Positions 1 to 9,345 of a stretch of 64,000 bases of DNA are shown piece by piece. Both the position numbers and the translations under genes were made by a program. Source of the DNA: a virus (taxonomy: Duplodnaviria; Heunggongvirae; Uroviricota; Caudoviricetes). Location: IMG/VR virus record IMGVR_UViG_3300044623_001231. One strand, given 5' to 3'. Position 1 is the first letter of the stretch, and every line of letters starts with the position of its first letter. Below the pieces are notes generated by a model, which saw only the letters and a list, made by a program, of their open reading frames with translations, had not been told where the DNA came from and ran no database searches.

Positions 1-990
1 TTTTGGTGGAGTTCAAGCCCATTTTTGCATGCCGGGGTTCATTTTCGTCTATGGTCAAACGAAATCCAAATCGCTCCCAACGGGATATTAATTTTCAGCA
101 GTATCAGAATAGGTTCTCTCCCACCCACCAGCCCTTAAAGATACGAAGAATTTCTCACATTTCCAAATAAAGTTATCAACAGCCAATTGTGGATAAATAA
201 AGTTATCAACACTCATAAGCCATTGAGGATGAGCCCGTTATGAAATTCTTTGTTCATAACTTTATTTTGCTATGTGAAATATTTTTTGTATCTTTGTACC
301 CTTTTAGCCCCGTTTTTAGCTATCGCCAGGGTTTGTCACCATTGGCTTGGGATTCCGTAATGGGATTGGGATGGGATTGCTCGGAGAAGTGTGGTAAAAC
401 CATAGGGAGAAAAGCTAGGAGCTAAACACATCCCCCCTTAAGCTTCTCAACCCGGTTGATAGGTTGCTTTTCCACATCCTCTTTTCAACAATGTGGTAAG
501 TGGTGGGAATTTGTGGGAGAAAGTGGTAAGGATTCATTGACATTAGGTGTTAATACCTCTTTATATCAAAATCAAGGAGCCCCTTTGGGTGGGGCTTTCG
601 GTGTAGTTAAATTTTCGGGGGTATCACAATAGCGATTTGAGAGTGGTGTAGCTTGAGTGTGTAAGGGTTTCGTTAGCCCTCTATCTCTTCTACTAGTATT
701 TCCTTTATCTTATCTATCTTCTCTCTTACTTCTTCCATTTCTTCTTTTCCTTCTACTATCTCTTCTATTTCCATTAGGGTGAATAGTATCTTTAATAAGA
801 CCTTTTGGTTTTGATTTGTTTTCATCTGAGTGGGGTGTTAGTGAGTTAGTACTTCCCTTATATATAGGGAGTTCTTTTGATTTTTGTTTATTCTCTATAC
901 GTTATGTATCTATACTACTACTATTACTATTCTTAGCTGATTTATTTTTATCATTGGTTTCACAGCTCCAGTTTGGATTGGACATTAAAA

Positions 991-1013
991 AACCCACCTT
1001 TTCGGGGTGGGTT
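991..1013 (-). terminator. rho-independent-type hairpin (AACCCACC / GGTGGGTT) followed by a T-run on the minus strand, downstream of the 1023-1217 ORF
   Basis: perfect 8-bp inverted repeat with a 7-nt loop, seen directly in the sequence. Confidence 0.6.
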
Positions 1014-1022
1014 AGGATTCGT

Positions 1023-1217
1023 TTAAATATCCGTTTCATTCTTATAGTGATTTTCATAATAATCTTCACTCATTAGAATTCCACCTATCATTTGGTTTAT
1101 AACCACAGCTTCATTCCAGCTATTATATTTGTAGACATTTGTATCCTTTACAATTACCCAATTTTTTTGTTGAGTAATATCCCGCCTATCCATCCAATTC
1201 CATTCGTTACTACTCAT
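1023..1217 (-). CDS. hypothetical small protein
   Basis: ORF track; followed by a terminator. Confidence 0.4.
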   Translation of the reverse strand: MSSNEWNWMDRRDITQQKNWVIVKDTNVYKYNSWNEAVVINQMIGGILMSEDYYENHYKNETDI

Positions 1218-1942
1218 TATAATGTTCGATTCATATTTTCAATTAATTCCATAAACCCCCATTGAAATTTCCTTCCAGAGTACATATGAATATAGGAGTT
1301 CATTCTACCTAGTCCAAAATCCTTCCATCCTTCACCATTTGCTAGTAACTTAAGCGATAGCTGCTCCATTATCAATTCCGGCAGTACTAACCGATTCCCA
1401 GTTTCCCTTGATTTTTTGAAATAGAATTCCTTAATAGCATAGAATGTATCCATATACAATTTCATATGCTCAGGGTTCTTAAACGATAGTAACCCTACGT
1501 TATGAGCTCCATCCCATATTGGACTCCAATGTGGAAAAATCTCTTTGATTCCCCATTCATCAAATACTTGAATATTATTTGCATAGTACTTATCCCCAAT
1601 TTCACCATCGTTAAAATCATATAGTACATCGTAACTATCAGGTATGATAAGTGGTTCTGCTAAAAACACATCCCCATCCATATGAATAAAATCACCGGTT
1701 TCTCTTTTCATTGCTTCAAACTTCGGTTCGCACCATAGGTAATTCTCAGTATTCTTTTCCAAAAACTTCACTTCATTTACAAAATTCCCCAATTCGTTAG
1801 CTCCCCTTTCATCCGTATAAAGTGTAATTGGATGAAATCTTCTAGCCATTTTGATTGAACATTGAAACAATTCCAATTGCCCTTTGATATAAGGTTCACC
1901 AAATCCGTTTGGTGTTGTTGTTAAGGTTTGTACTATTCTCAT
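1217..1942 (-). CDS. hypothetical protein (241 aa)
   Basis: long ORF; start overlaps the stop of the upstream small ORF (ATGA). Confidence 0.6.
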   Translation of the reverse strand: MRIVQTLTTTPNGFGEPYIKGQLELFQCSIKMARRFHPITLYTDERGANELGNFVNEVKFLEKNTENYLWCEPKFEAMKRETGDFIHMDGDVFLAEPLIIPDSYDVLYDFNDGEIGDKYYANNIQVFDEWGIKEIFPHWSPIWDGAHNVGLLSFKNPEHMKLYMDTFYAIKEFYFKKSRETGNRLVLPELIMEQLSLKLLANGEGWKDFGLGRMNSYIHMYSGRKFQWGFMELIENMNRTL

Positions 1943-2073
1943 TCTATTGGTTCTTTACATTGTGGACATACAGTTGGTGTTTTTGTATAGAATACGTTAC
2001 CGCATTTCTTACAAACTTTCATTTCATCATCACGCCATTCCAAATCTGGGTATCCTATATCTGAATTATTCAT
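1939..2073 (-). CDS. small zinc-ribbon protein (CxxC ... CxxC), 44 aa (or 27 aa from the internal ATG at 2022)
   Basis: read from the DNA: MNNSDIGYPDLEWRDDEMKVCKKCGNVFYTKTPTVCPQCKEPIE; stop overlaps the next start; below the 60-aa track cutoff. Confidence 0.45.
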   Translation of the reverse strand: MNNSDIGYPDLEWRDDEMKVCKKCGNVFYTKTPTVCPQCKEPIE

Positions 2074-3079
2074 TGTTAATAATATACTTTTTCACAAATT
2101 CAACCCCATTGTTGATTTGTAGTTCAAATTTATCCAATCTTACCTTCATTATATCCTTAGCTTTTGGTATCTCACCTTGCCTCATTTTCAAAGTTGCATC
2201 CTTTACCTTAGATAATCCATCCACATCAATCAGTTTTATATTCGATTGAGTTCCAATCAGCGGGTCCACATTTTGTGGTACTGATAAATCGATTATAACT
2301 TTGGTACCTTCCACATCATTAAAATTTATGATATGATAGTCCGCATTGGTTGCTACTATAATGATATCAGCCAATTTAATATACCTTTGGAGGCTTGAAT
2401 ATCTATCACTTTTTACATCCAATTGTTTTGCTATCTTATCTGATAACGATTCAGTTCGATTCAATAACGTAATTTCGTTGGTATCCAATTCCGTAATGAT
2501 ATTTCTCATTGTGGCTCTACCCATCTTACCAGCACCAATTACCAAAATCGTTTTGTTCTGAATATCGGTTACATTTTCCTTAATATATTCAACAGCTGCG
2601 TTTGATACTGATACTGAACCCTCTGATATTTTAGTTTCTGAACGTATTGTTTTAGCTATCGATTGTGCAAAGTTGGTTATCTTTTCAAAATACCCACCCA
2701 ACTTAGCTGAAATACCTGCCATTCTAAGTGCATCCTTAATCTGACCAGCCACTTCATAATCACCCAATAACTGAGAGTCCATTCCAGATGCAACTTCTAC
2801 TAAATGTTCAAAACATTCCCTATCATTAATGTAATATGCTTCTCTTTTGAATAGTTCCATATCACCATCACCTACCAAAAGTTTCAAAAGTTCATCCTCT
2901 GGTTGGTCAAATGAATAGATTTCAGTTCTATTACAAGTTGAAATGATAAAAAAATGAAATAATCCGCTATTAGAATACCTTTCTAAAATAGCAGATTCAG
3001 TTAGTGCAAATTTACTTCTTACAGATAACTCAGTTTTTTTATAACTAATACCAACACAATTTAGTGGTTTAAATATCAT
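2066..3079 (-). CDS. hemA: glutamyl-tRNA reductase (HemA/GluTR) homolog
   Basis: STCNRTEIY active-site Cys motif; NADPH Rossmann VIGAGKMG; 337 aa. Confidence 0.7.
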   Translation of the reverse strand: MIFKPLNCVGISYKKTELSVRSKFALTESAILERYSNSGLFHFFIISTCNRTEIYSFDQPEDELLKLLVGDGDMELFKREAYYINDRECFEHLVEVASGMDSQLLGDYEVAGQIKDALRMAGISAKLGGYFEKITNFAQSIAKTIRSETKISEGSVSVSNAAVEYIKENVTDIQNKTILVIGAGKMGRATMRNIITELDTNEITLLNRTESLSDKIAKQLDVKSDRYSSLQRYIKLADIIIVATNADYHIINFNDVEGTKVIIDLSVPQNVDPLIGTQSNIKLIDVDGLSKVKDATLKMRQGEIPKAKDIMKVRLDKFELQINNGVEFVKKYIINNE

Positions 3080-3315
3080 TCTTCATTAAGGTATTTGATA
3101 AGATTAATAATTGTAATTGTGAAAAAAACCGGCCATACAATAACCATCAAAGCTCTTTCAAAATTATTAAATTGTAATTCATCATCACCTCCTCTTGATA
3201 GGAGCCAATCATAAAACATAGTAAATCCAAATCCTAAAACTAAATATATTAAAATTTCTTGTCCATATTGTAACATCATAACTAATACTTTTTTGTTAAA
3301 TTTTCCACATCCCAC
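3076..3315 (-). CDS. small membrane protein
   Basis: hydrophobic 79-aa ORF, 4-nt overlap. Confidence 0.45.
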   Translation of the reverse strand: MGCGKFNKKVLVMMLQYGQEILIYLVLGFGFTMFYDWLLSRGGDDELQFNNFERALMVIVWPVFFTITIINLIKYLNEE

Positions 3316-3473
3316 ATTTGTTGTGAGATTTCAATTTTTCTTTCTAATTGTATAATAGCTTCTTTTTGAGCTTGAATATACTCCTGCATTAAATAAATTT
3401 GGTGTTTTAATCTACCATTTTCTTCATCCAATTCCCGTTTATCTTTGAAGTATTTTTTAATTTTTTCTATCAT
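3282..3473 (-). CDS. hypothetical coiled-coil protein
   Basis: ORF track. Confidence 0.35.
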   Translation of the reverse strand: MIEKIKKYFKDKRELDEENGRLKHQIYLMQEYIQAQKEAIIQLERKIEISQQMWDVENLTKKY

Positions 3474-4547
3474 TTATAGTAAGTGAGGTTTGCCTTCAGT
3501 TAATCCGGCGTTAGTTACTTGAACCCATTTTGGGCTGAATTCAGATATTGAATTTGCACCACCATAAGATAGTGCCGATTTTACTCCATCCAATAATCCA
3601 TTTATTACATATTTTACTCCACCTTTATAAGGTATAATAGTTGATTCACCTTCTACGTTTCTAGCTGCCTGTCCATGTGATACCTTAGTTTCTAATGATG
3701 CTGAACCTCTATAACGTTTATACAATCCGTTTCCTTTTTCAATAATTTGACCGGGTGATTCATCAGTTCCAGCAATTAGTGAACCAATCATAACACAATC
3801 TGCTCCAACCGCTAACGCTTTAGCAATATCACCACTTCCTCTAATTCCACCATCAGCCATAATTGGTACATTTGATATCGTAGCGATATCCTCAATACAA
3901 CTTACATTTGGTACACCAAACCCAGTTTTGATTCGAGTAGTACAAAGTGAACCTCCACCAATTCCAACTCTCAATCCATCTGCCCCAGCTGATTCTAATG
4001 CTACAGCTGCCTCAGCAGTTGCGATATTACCCGCAATGATATCCACCTTTTCAAATAGTGGATTTTGTTTACACCATACAATCATATCGATTACATTTTG
4101 GTGATGTCCATGCGCTACATCGATAACCAAAATATTGGCACCAGCTTCTACCAATTTAGTAGCTCTTACCTTATCTTCTCCCTGAACACCAATTGCAGCC
4201 ATAATTGGAATTTGTTTAATTTCAGCATGCCAATCATCATACATAATTCCCCAATCTTCATATGGACCACCAAACCCATCACCATAGATTTTATAGCTTA
4301 ACATTTTAATTTGTTTAGCTTGCTCTTCAATTGACATAAATCGGTGAATACATCCAACACCTCCCATTAGAAACATTTTGAATGCCATATCTAATTCACA
4401 CACCGTATCCATTGGGGATGCTACTAATGGATTCATTAATCCATATCGTCTACTTACCAATGTATTTAGATTAATGTTTTGGCGGGAGTTTACGTTTGAA
4501 TACGCTGGTACCAATTGGATATCATCGTATGTAAGTGATTGTTTCAT
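3474..4547 (-). CDS. guaC: GMP reductase (IMPDH/GMPR family, no CBS insert)
   Basis: GSLCTTRIKTGFGVP catalytic-Cys loop; MADGGIR; 357 aa aligns with GuaC. Confidence 0.8.
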   Translation of the reverse strand: MKQSLTYDDIQLVPAYSNVNSRQNINLNTLVSRRYGLMNPLVASPMDTVCELDMAFKMFLMGGVGCIHRFMSIEEQAKQIKMLSYKIYGDGFGGPYEDWGIMYDDWHAEIKQIPIMAAIGVQGEDKVRATKLVEAGANILVIDVAHGHHQNVIDMIVWCKQNPLFEKVDIIAGNIATAEAAVALESAGADGLRVGIGGGSLCTTRIKTGFGVPNVSCIEDIATISNVPIMADGGIRGSGDIAKALAVGADCVMIGSLIAGTDESPGQIIEKGNGLYKRYRGSASLETKVSHGQAARNVEGESTIIPYKGGVKYVINGLLDGVKSALSYGGANSISEFSPKWVQVTNAGLTEGKPHLL

Positions 4548-4562
4548 GTAACTTTTTGGTTT

Positions 4563-4772
4563 TTATTTTGTTTGATAAACTAAGGTATCCAATTCAGTAA
4601 TAGGAGCGTTCATAAGTTTTCTATAAACTCTACATCCAAATTTCTTACGGGTTGATGCAGATTCACTATCCGCATATCGTTGTGCTATAAATTGAGAATC
4701 ACAAACTGCTACTAAGTAACAACGTCCGTTTAAATCACCACCCTCATATGCTAATATTACAAATGTTTCCAT
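4563..4772 (-). CDS. hypothetical protein
   Basis: ORF with a short-leader promoter (TTCGTATATTTGTATAAATAAAATAAGTT-ATG) directly upstream. Confidence 0.5.
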   Translation of the reverse strand: METFVILAYEGGDLNGRCYLVAVCDSQFIAQRYADSESASTRKKFGCRVYRKLMNAPITELDTLVYQTK

Positions 4773-4814
4773 AACTTATTTTATTTATACAAATATACGA
4801 AAAATTATCGATAT
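4773..4814 (-). promoter_or_regulatory. Bacteroidetes-type -7 element (TATATTTG) with a leader of about 12 nt; short-leader promoter class
   Basis: motif ataacttattttatttatacaaatatacgaa recurs at 29265, 29916 and 32794. Confidence 0.55.
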
Positions 4815-6527
4815 CTACAAGCTTTTCGATAAAATTTCTTCAACAATTTGAATATCTTCGGGATAATCAACTGCATGGGATTGGTTATCTAACATAACCA
4901 TTTTAATTTTATGCCCCATCTCTAAAAATCTAATGATTTCAATATCCTCATCATATTCTAATGGAGTTTTTTTACCAAAACTACTAAATTCTTTAAGGTG
5001 CTCTCTATTAAATGCGTATATACATACCTGCTTTTTGGGATGGTTACCATTACCTGTTTTGGTTCCGGGTATTGGATTCCTAGACATATAGATTAACTCA
5101 TCATTTAAATTGGTAATTACTTTTGGTATTTTCTTATCCTCTACATTTTCATGTTTGTTTAAATAAGACATACAATTTACAATATGGTTTGGATATTTCA
5201 ACTTAGCTTGAATTACCTTATCAATATCAGTTGGGTCCAATAATGGTTCATCACCTTGGATATTTATAATAATATCAGCATCAATTTCCATTGTTGCTTC
5301 AGCAACTCTATCAGTTCCAGTTAAACAAGAATCTGAAGTTAATATTACATTATATCCATAGCTGTTAACTAAATCTACAATTTCTTCATTTTCAGTTGCT
5401 ATATACACATTTTCAATTCCAACTGAATTCTTAGCTATTTCAGCAACCCAAATAATCATTTCTTTATTTTGGATTTTTGCTAATGGTTTTCCTGGGAATC
5501 TTGAAGATTTGTATCTTGCTGGAATAACAACTGCTATTTTTGGTTTTAATGTTTTTTCAATCTTTGAATAATCGTAAGTTTCTGAATTTTCAATATCCAA
5601 TAAAATATTCTCTATTCTATTTGGATTTAAAAATGAAGATTGTAATGTTTGTGGATATAATGGATGAATGTGCTTCATTCCACTTATCATATAATTGTGA
5701 GTAAATCCCCAATTGTGAGTTATATGTAATGGAATCATCCAATCCGTTAAAACTTTATGAAGTGGTGATGAATTATATAATTTGAATTTGTATTGCAAAT
5801 ATGTAACTAATTGTTCGGTCTTTACGTTTCCAACACCCCTACCCATTCCTAATAATGTACCATCCAACCACACTACACCTTCCTCTAAAGCAGATATACA
5901 ATTAGCGAATGCTAATCCAATGTTATCATGTGTATGAATACCAATATCACATCCAAATTCTTTAAAAATTTTAACAATTTCTTTTACTTTACTTGGTTCA
6001 ACATTACCATATGAATCAGCAAAATATAATGCTATTGGATTAACATTTACTAATTTACTAAAATCTCGCATTTCATCATCCGATAACATAGAAATACTCA
6101 TCAAATTTATCATCAAATCATATCCTTTATTTTTTATATGATTTGCAATTCCAATTGAGTGGGTTATTTCAGAATGTTTTATTGCCAATCTACAAATTGA
6201 AAATGGTGAATCGGATTTTTGATGAATAATATTATCAATCAATGCAAAATCAATAGAATCTCCTTTAATAAAATCTTTAGCATCAATCATAAATGCTAAT
6301 TTAGAATTTAGTGGTAATCTATATTCTAATATTTCCCAAATAAATCTATCATTACATTTTCTAAATTGCCCACCTTTTAGTGGTGATTTATAACCAATCT
6401 CAATAACATCCACACCAGACGTATCCAATGAAAATACTAAATCTTTAACCATTTTTGGTTCAAAATTCCAATTGGTATAGTATCCACCATCTCTTAAAGT
6501 ACAATCTAAAATTTTAACCTTTTTCAT
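4815..6527 (-). CDS. bifunctional DRE-TIM (HMGL-like) aldolase / CMP-Kdo-type cytidylyltransferase
   Basis: N-terminal KILDCTLRDGG and GIHTHDN (His-x-His); C-terminal IAVVIPARYKSSRFPGKPL (KdsB/NeuA signature). Confidence 0.7.
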   Translation of the reverse strand: MKKVKILDCTLRDGGYYTNWNFEPKMVKDLVFSLDTSGVDVIEIGYKSPLKGGQFRKCNDRFIWEILEYRLPLNSKLAFMIDAKDFIKGDSIDFALIDNIIHQKSDSPFSICRLAIKHSEITHSIGIANHIKNKGYDLMINLMSISMLSDDEMRDFSKLVNVNPIALYFADSYGNVEPSKVKEIVKIFKEFGCDIGIHTHDNIGLAFANCISALEEGVVWLDGTLLGMGRGVGNVKTEQLVTYLQYKFKLYNSSPLHKVLTDWMIPLHITHNWGFTHNYMISGMKHIHPLYPQTLQSSFLNPNRIENILLDIENSETYDYSKIEKTLKPKIAVVIPARYKSSRFPGKPLAKIQNKEMIIWVAEIAKNSVGIENVYIATENEEIVDLVNSYGYNVILTSDSCLTGTDRVAEATMEIDADIIINIQGDEPLLDPTDIDKVIQAKLKYPNHIVNCMSYLNKHENVEDKKIPKVITNLNDELIYMSRNPIPGTKTGNGNHPKKQVCIYAFNREHLKEFSSFGKKTPLEYDEDIEIIRFLEMGHKIKMVMLDNQSHAVDYPEDIQIVEEILSKSL

Positions 6528-6531
6528 AAAT

Positions 6532-6915
6532 TTATTTTATATACTTTATGTGTTCTAATGTATCTGTCCAATTTTTAAAAGTAAATCCTTTATCATCCAC
6601 ATAAACAAATGCGTTTGGTTTACCCCAAACTACATCCGAAATGTATTGTTTAAAATTATAAGATTCCAACCAATCCCAAATTAACTCAGTTCCTGTTTTA
6701 TCATTAATCAATGGTCTGTTTGGGTTTGATTTGCAACTGAATATTACTATTTTATAATTATCACTTAGATACTTCAACGCAGTTTCAGTTCCTTCCATTG
6801 GTTCACCATATATAGTACCATCAAAAAATCCTTTAGAATCATTATGAATTACTCCATCAAAATCTAATGCAACTACCTTTTTAGATTTTTCCAAAAACTC
6901 AGCAAAATCTCCCAT
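6532..6915 (-). CDS. HAD-superfamily phosphatase (KdsC/GmhB-like)
   Basis: motif I ALDFDGVI; 127 aa. Confidence 0.6.
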   Translation of the reverse strand: MGDFAEFLEKSKKVVALDFDGVIHNDSKGFFDGTIYGEPMEGTETALKYLSDNYKIVIFSCKSNPNRPLINDKTGTELIWDWLESYNFKQYISDVVWGKPNAFVYVDDKGFTFKNWTDTLEHIKYIK

Positions 6916-7509
6916 TTATATTAAAGTTATGTTTGAAATATTTTTAAGTATATTAAACTCATAATTAATATTATGAGCCGGTCCAACTATACCCGCTTTC
7001 TTAGCTTCTGCAACTTCATCATATGTGGGGTCATAATAGTGACCTGTTTTATTTCCATCAAACCCAATCAAATGAACATTTTTATTAAAAAATAAAGATA
7101 AATTTAATGCTAATGAGGTTCCAGATGTTAACCTAGCAGTTGATTCATTCATATATGGATGCGAAACATTTAATAATCGAGTGTTGGGTTGTATATGTAA
7201 AATTTCTCTTTTACTGTTACCACGTATTTCCGATGTAGTAAATAACTGAGTTTTGTTTACATATTTTTCAAAATTAGGTAGCATGTATTTTGTATGTGGT
7301 AATGTAAAATCACTACAATGGAAAGATATTGCTGATACTTTTGTTCCAACATCACCCTCATACCCTTCTATTTGAAAATCATTAAACCTAATTACACATT
7401 CATACGAATCTATAAATTCCCCTTGATTATCCATTTTACCATTACCAACTAATAGTACAGTATCTGGAAAACTTTTAAATAAAGATTGTACCGAATCGTA
7501 TTTTTGCAT
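6916..7509 (-). CDS. putative sialyltransferase-like glycosyltransferase (GT29 L-motif-like)
   Basis: LLVGNGKMDNQGEFIDSYECVIRFND resembles sialyl-motif L CAVVGNSG...DFVLRMN. Confidence 0.45.
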   Translation of the reverse strand: MQKYDSVQSLFKSFPDTVLLVGNGKMDNQGEFIDSYECVIRFNDFQIEGYEGDVGTKVSAISFHCSDFTLPHTKYMLPNFEKYVNKTQLFTTSEIRGNSKREILHIQPNTRLLNVSHPYMNESTARLTSGTSLALNLSLFFNKNVHLIGFDGNKTGHYYDPTYDEVAEAKKAGIVGPAHNINYEFNILKNISNITLI

Positions 7510-7517
7510 ATCCGATA

Positions 7518-7925
7518 TTATTTAAACCATCCGATTTTCTTTCCTTCTTTTTTACGTCTATCGTATTCCTCAACTGAACCCGGATATCTAAATGCCCATA
7601 CCCCAATCAATATGAATGTAAATGCTGCATATCCAACAATTCTAAGTGGAACTGTAAAGTACATTGATATAAGTGAAATACTCATTACAATTACCATCAT
7701 AATTCTACCTTTGTTTGGATACACCCTTTTGGTTTCCCAATTGGTTAGGTATTTTCCAAAGATTTTGTGTTCATGCAACCACTTATCCAATTCAGGAGAT
7801 GATTTTGAGAATGCCCAAGCGGCCAAAAGTGCGAAGAAAGTTGTAGGTACACCCGGAGTAATCACTCCAATGTATGCACAACCTACGAATAAAAGCCCCA
7901 AGGCTCTCCATAACCATTTTTTCAT
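7518..7925 (-). CDS. DUF454/YbaN-family inner-membrane protein
   Basis: MKKWLWRALGLLFVGCAYIGVITPGVPTTFFALLAAWAFSKSSP matches the YbaN N-terminus. Confidence 0.55.
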   Translation of the reverse strand: MKKWLWRALGLLFVGCAYIGVITPGVPTTFFALLAAWAFSKSSPELDKWLHEHKIFGKYLTNWETKRVYPNKGRIMMVIVMSISLISMYFTVPLRIVGYAAFTFILIGVWAFRYPGSVEEYDRRKKEGKKIGWFK

Positions 7926-7930
7926 ATAAA

Positions 7931-8113
7931 TTATCGTTTAAGTATAAGTACTAATGCTAAAATAAATAGAACTATTCCAATTGGTATCCAAAGAGGAGCA
8001 GTTACCCACCACCAAGACCAATCAATATAGTTTGTTAATTTTAAAGTCATAAAGATTAGGAATAATATCATACCCAATCCGATTCCGTTGCTGTTATTAT
8101 TTGAATTTGCCAT
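7931..8113 (-). CDS. small membrane protein (possible holin/spanin-class)
   Basis: 60 aa, two hydrophobic segments, adjacent to the endolysin. Confidence 0.4.
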   Translation of the reverse strand: MANSNNNSNGIGLGMILFLIFMTLKLTNYIDWSWWWVTAPLWIPIGIVLFILALVLILKR

Positions 8114-8114
8114 T

Positions 8115-8681
8115 TTAATTAAAATATTGTTTTAAATTATTAGTTTCGATAGTTTTCTTTAATACTTCAACATATCTTTTATCCGAAGCGTAACTATTAG
8201 AAAGGTATTGGTAGTATTCTGCTTCAGTATTTATTGTTGCCAAATACCTACATTGGTAAAATGCGTAATCATAAACTGATTCTCGCCAACTTTGATAAAA
8301 TGCGTGATTGTTCTGAGTTCCACCAGCAGTAGTTACTCTCTGCTTAGCTTCTTTCATTCCAAATAGGTTATGGTTTTCTTTGAAAATATTACTTTTCCAC
8401 TTACCAGTTTCAATCATAGACTGAGCCATTACAATATGTGGAAACTTAACGTTTAATTCCTTTAAAAGTTCAACCAATTTATCTTCACTAAATTTATTTT
8501 GCTCAGCGGTCATATTCAATACAATCAATTCCTTTTCATAATTTTCCAATGATTGAATTTTAGCATACCTACCAATTGTAAATGAAATAGCTACTAAACT
8601 AATACAAGTTAGTATAACCATTTTAACTGTTTTCAAATCTTTTTTGAATACTAAGTTTGTTCTATCGTACTTATAAATCAT
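8115..8681 (-). CDS. endolysin, glucosaminidase (FlgJ-type) domain with N-terminal signal anchor
   Basis: AQSMIETGKWKS...NLFGMK glucosaminidase motif; N-terminal TM segment. Confidence 0.65.
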   Translation of the reverse strand: MIYKYDRTNLVFKKDLKTVKMVILTCISLVAISFTIGRYAKIQSLENYEKELIVLNMTAEQNKFSEDKLVELLKELNVKFPHIVMAQSMIETGKWKSNIFKENHNLFGMKEAKQRVTTAGGTQNNHAFYQSWRESVYDYAFYQCRYLATINTEAEYYQYLSNSYASDKRYVEVLKKTIETNNLKQYFN

Positions 8682-8684
8682 AAT

Positions 8685-8936
8685 TTATTTTTTTAATTTA
8701 CCATTAATGTACTGAGTTCTTAATGATTTAGCCTCAATGTATTGAGTTCGTAATTCGTTAAGAACTTCAGCTTGAATTTCATCATAATAACCTTTAGTTT
8801 CAATATCGGTTATCATTTCCCTTACCGTTTGAACTGTACTTGTCCAATCTTCCATTTGTTCATCACGCAACCATTCATCCAAATCAAATAAGAATTTAGA
8901 TTGCTTTCTATCTAAAAAAATGGTTTTTTTACTCAT
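8685..8936 (-). CDS. hypothetical protein
   Basis: ORF track. Confidence 0.45.
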   Translation of the reverse strand: MSKKTIFLDRKQSKFLFDLDEWLRDEQMEDWTSTVQTVREMITDIETKGYYDEIQAEVLNELRTQYIEAKSLRTQYINGKLKK

Positions 8937-9034
8937 TAATTTTTAATAATTCACATAACTTATTATAGGTTGCCTGCCCAGATGAACTCAACCTATCATA
9001 ATCCCATCCCAACTCTTCAATTAAATCTTTAATA

Positions 9035-9328
9035 TCAGCTAACATAACATAACTTATTTGCTATTAGTAAAATCGTTTCCTCATCTTCTTTAGTAAGTCT
9101 CCAACTATTACCTAATAGTTTAGATACAGCTTCATCAAATGCATCACCATCGATTGAATTATTTGTTTCCGATAACCCTTTTGGAGTGAACCCCTCACTA
9201 TAAAGTTCATCTACCAACTCCATTGCTTCAGCCAATTTTAATTTCTCAGCTTCTAATTTGTTTTTTTCATTTTCCCAAAACTTTTGTTTTTCTTCTTGGG
9301 ATAGAGTTTTCCATTCTTCTAATTTCAT
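9035..9328 (-). CDS. hypothetical acidic protein
   Basis: ORF track. Confidence 0.45.
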   Translation of the reverse strand: MKLEEWKTLSQEEKQKFWENEKNKLEAEKLKLAEAMELVDELYSEGFTPKGLSETNNSIDGDAFDEAVSKLLGNSWRLTKEDEETILLIANKLCYVS

Positions 9329-9345
9329 AATTTATATTTTAAAGG

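Noticed and set aside
4781-4790. TATAAATA (T4 late-promoter consensus) in the short-leader promoter class
   Set aside because: It always sits directly downstream of the TAnnTTTG -7 element and about 12 nt from the ATG, so it is better explained as part of a Bacteroidetes-type promoter and leader than as a gp55-type late promoter. No other T4 late-transcription features are seen.
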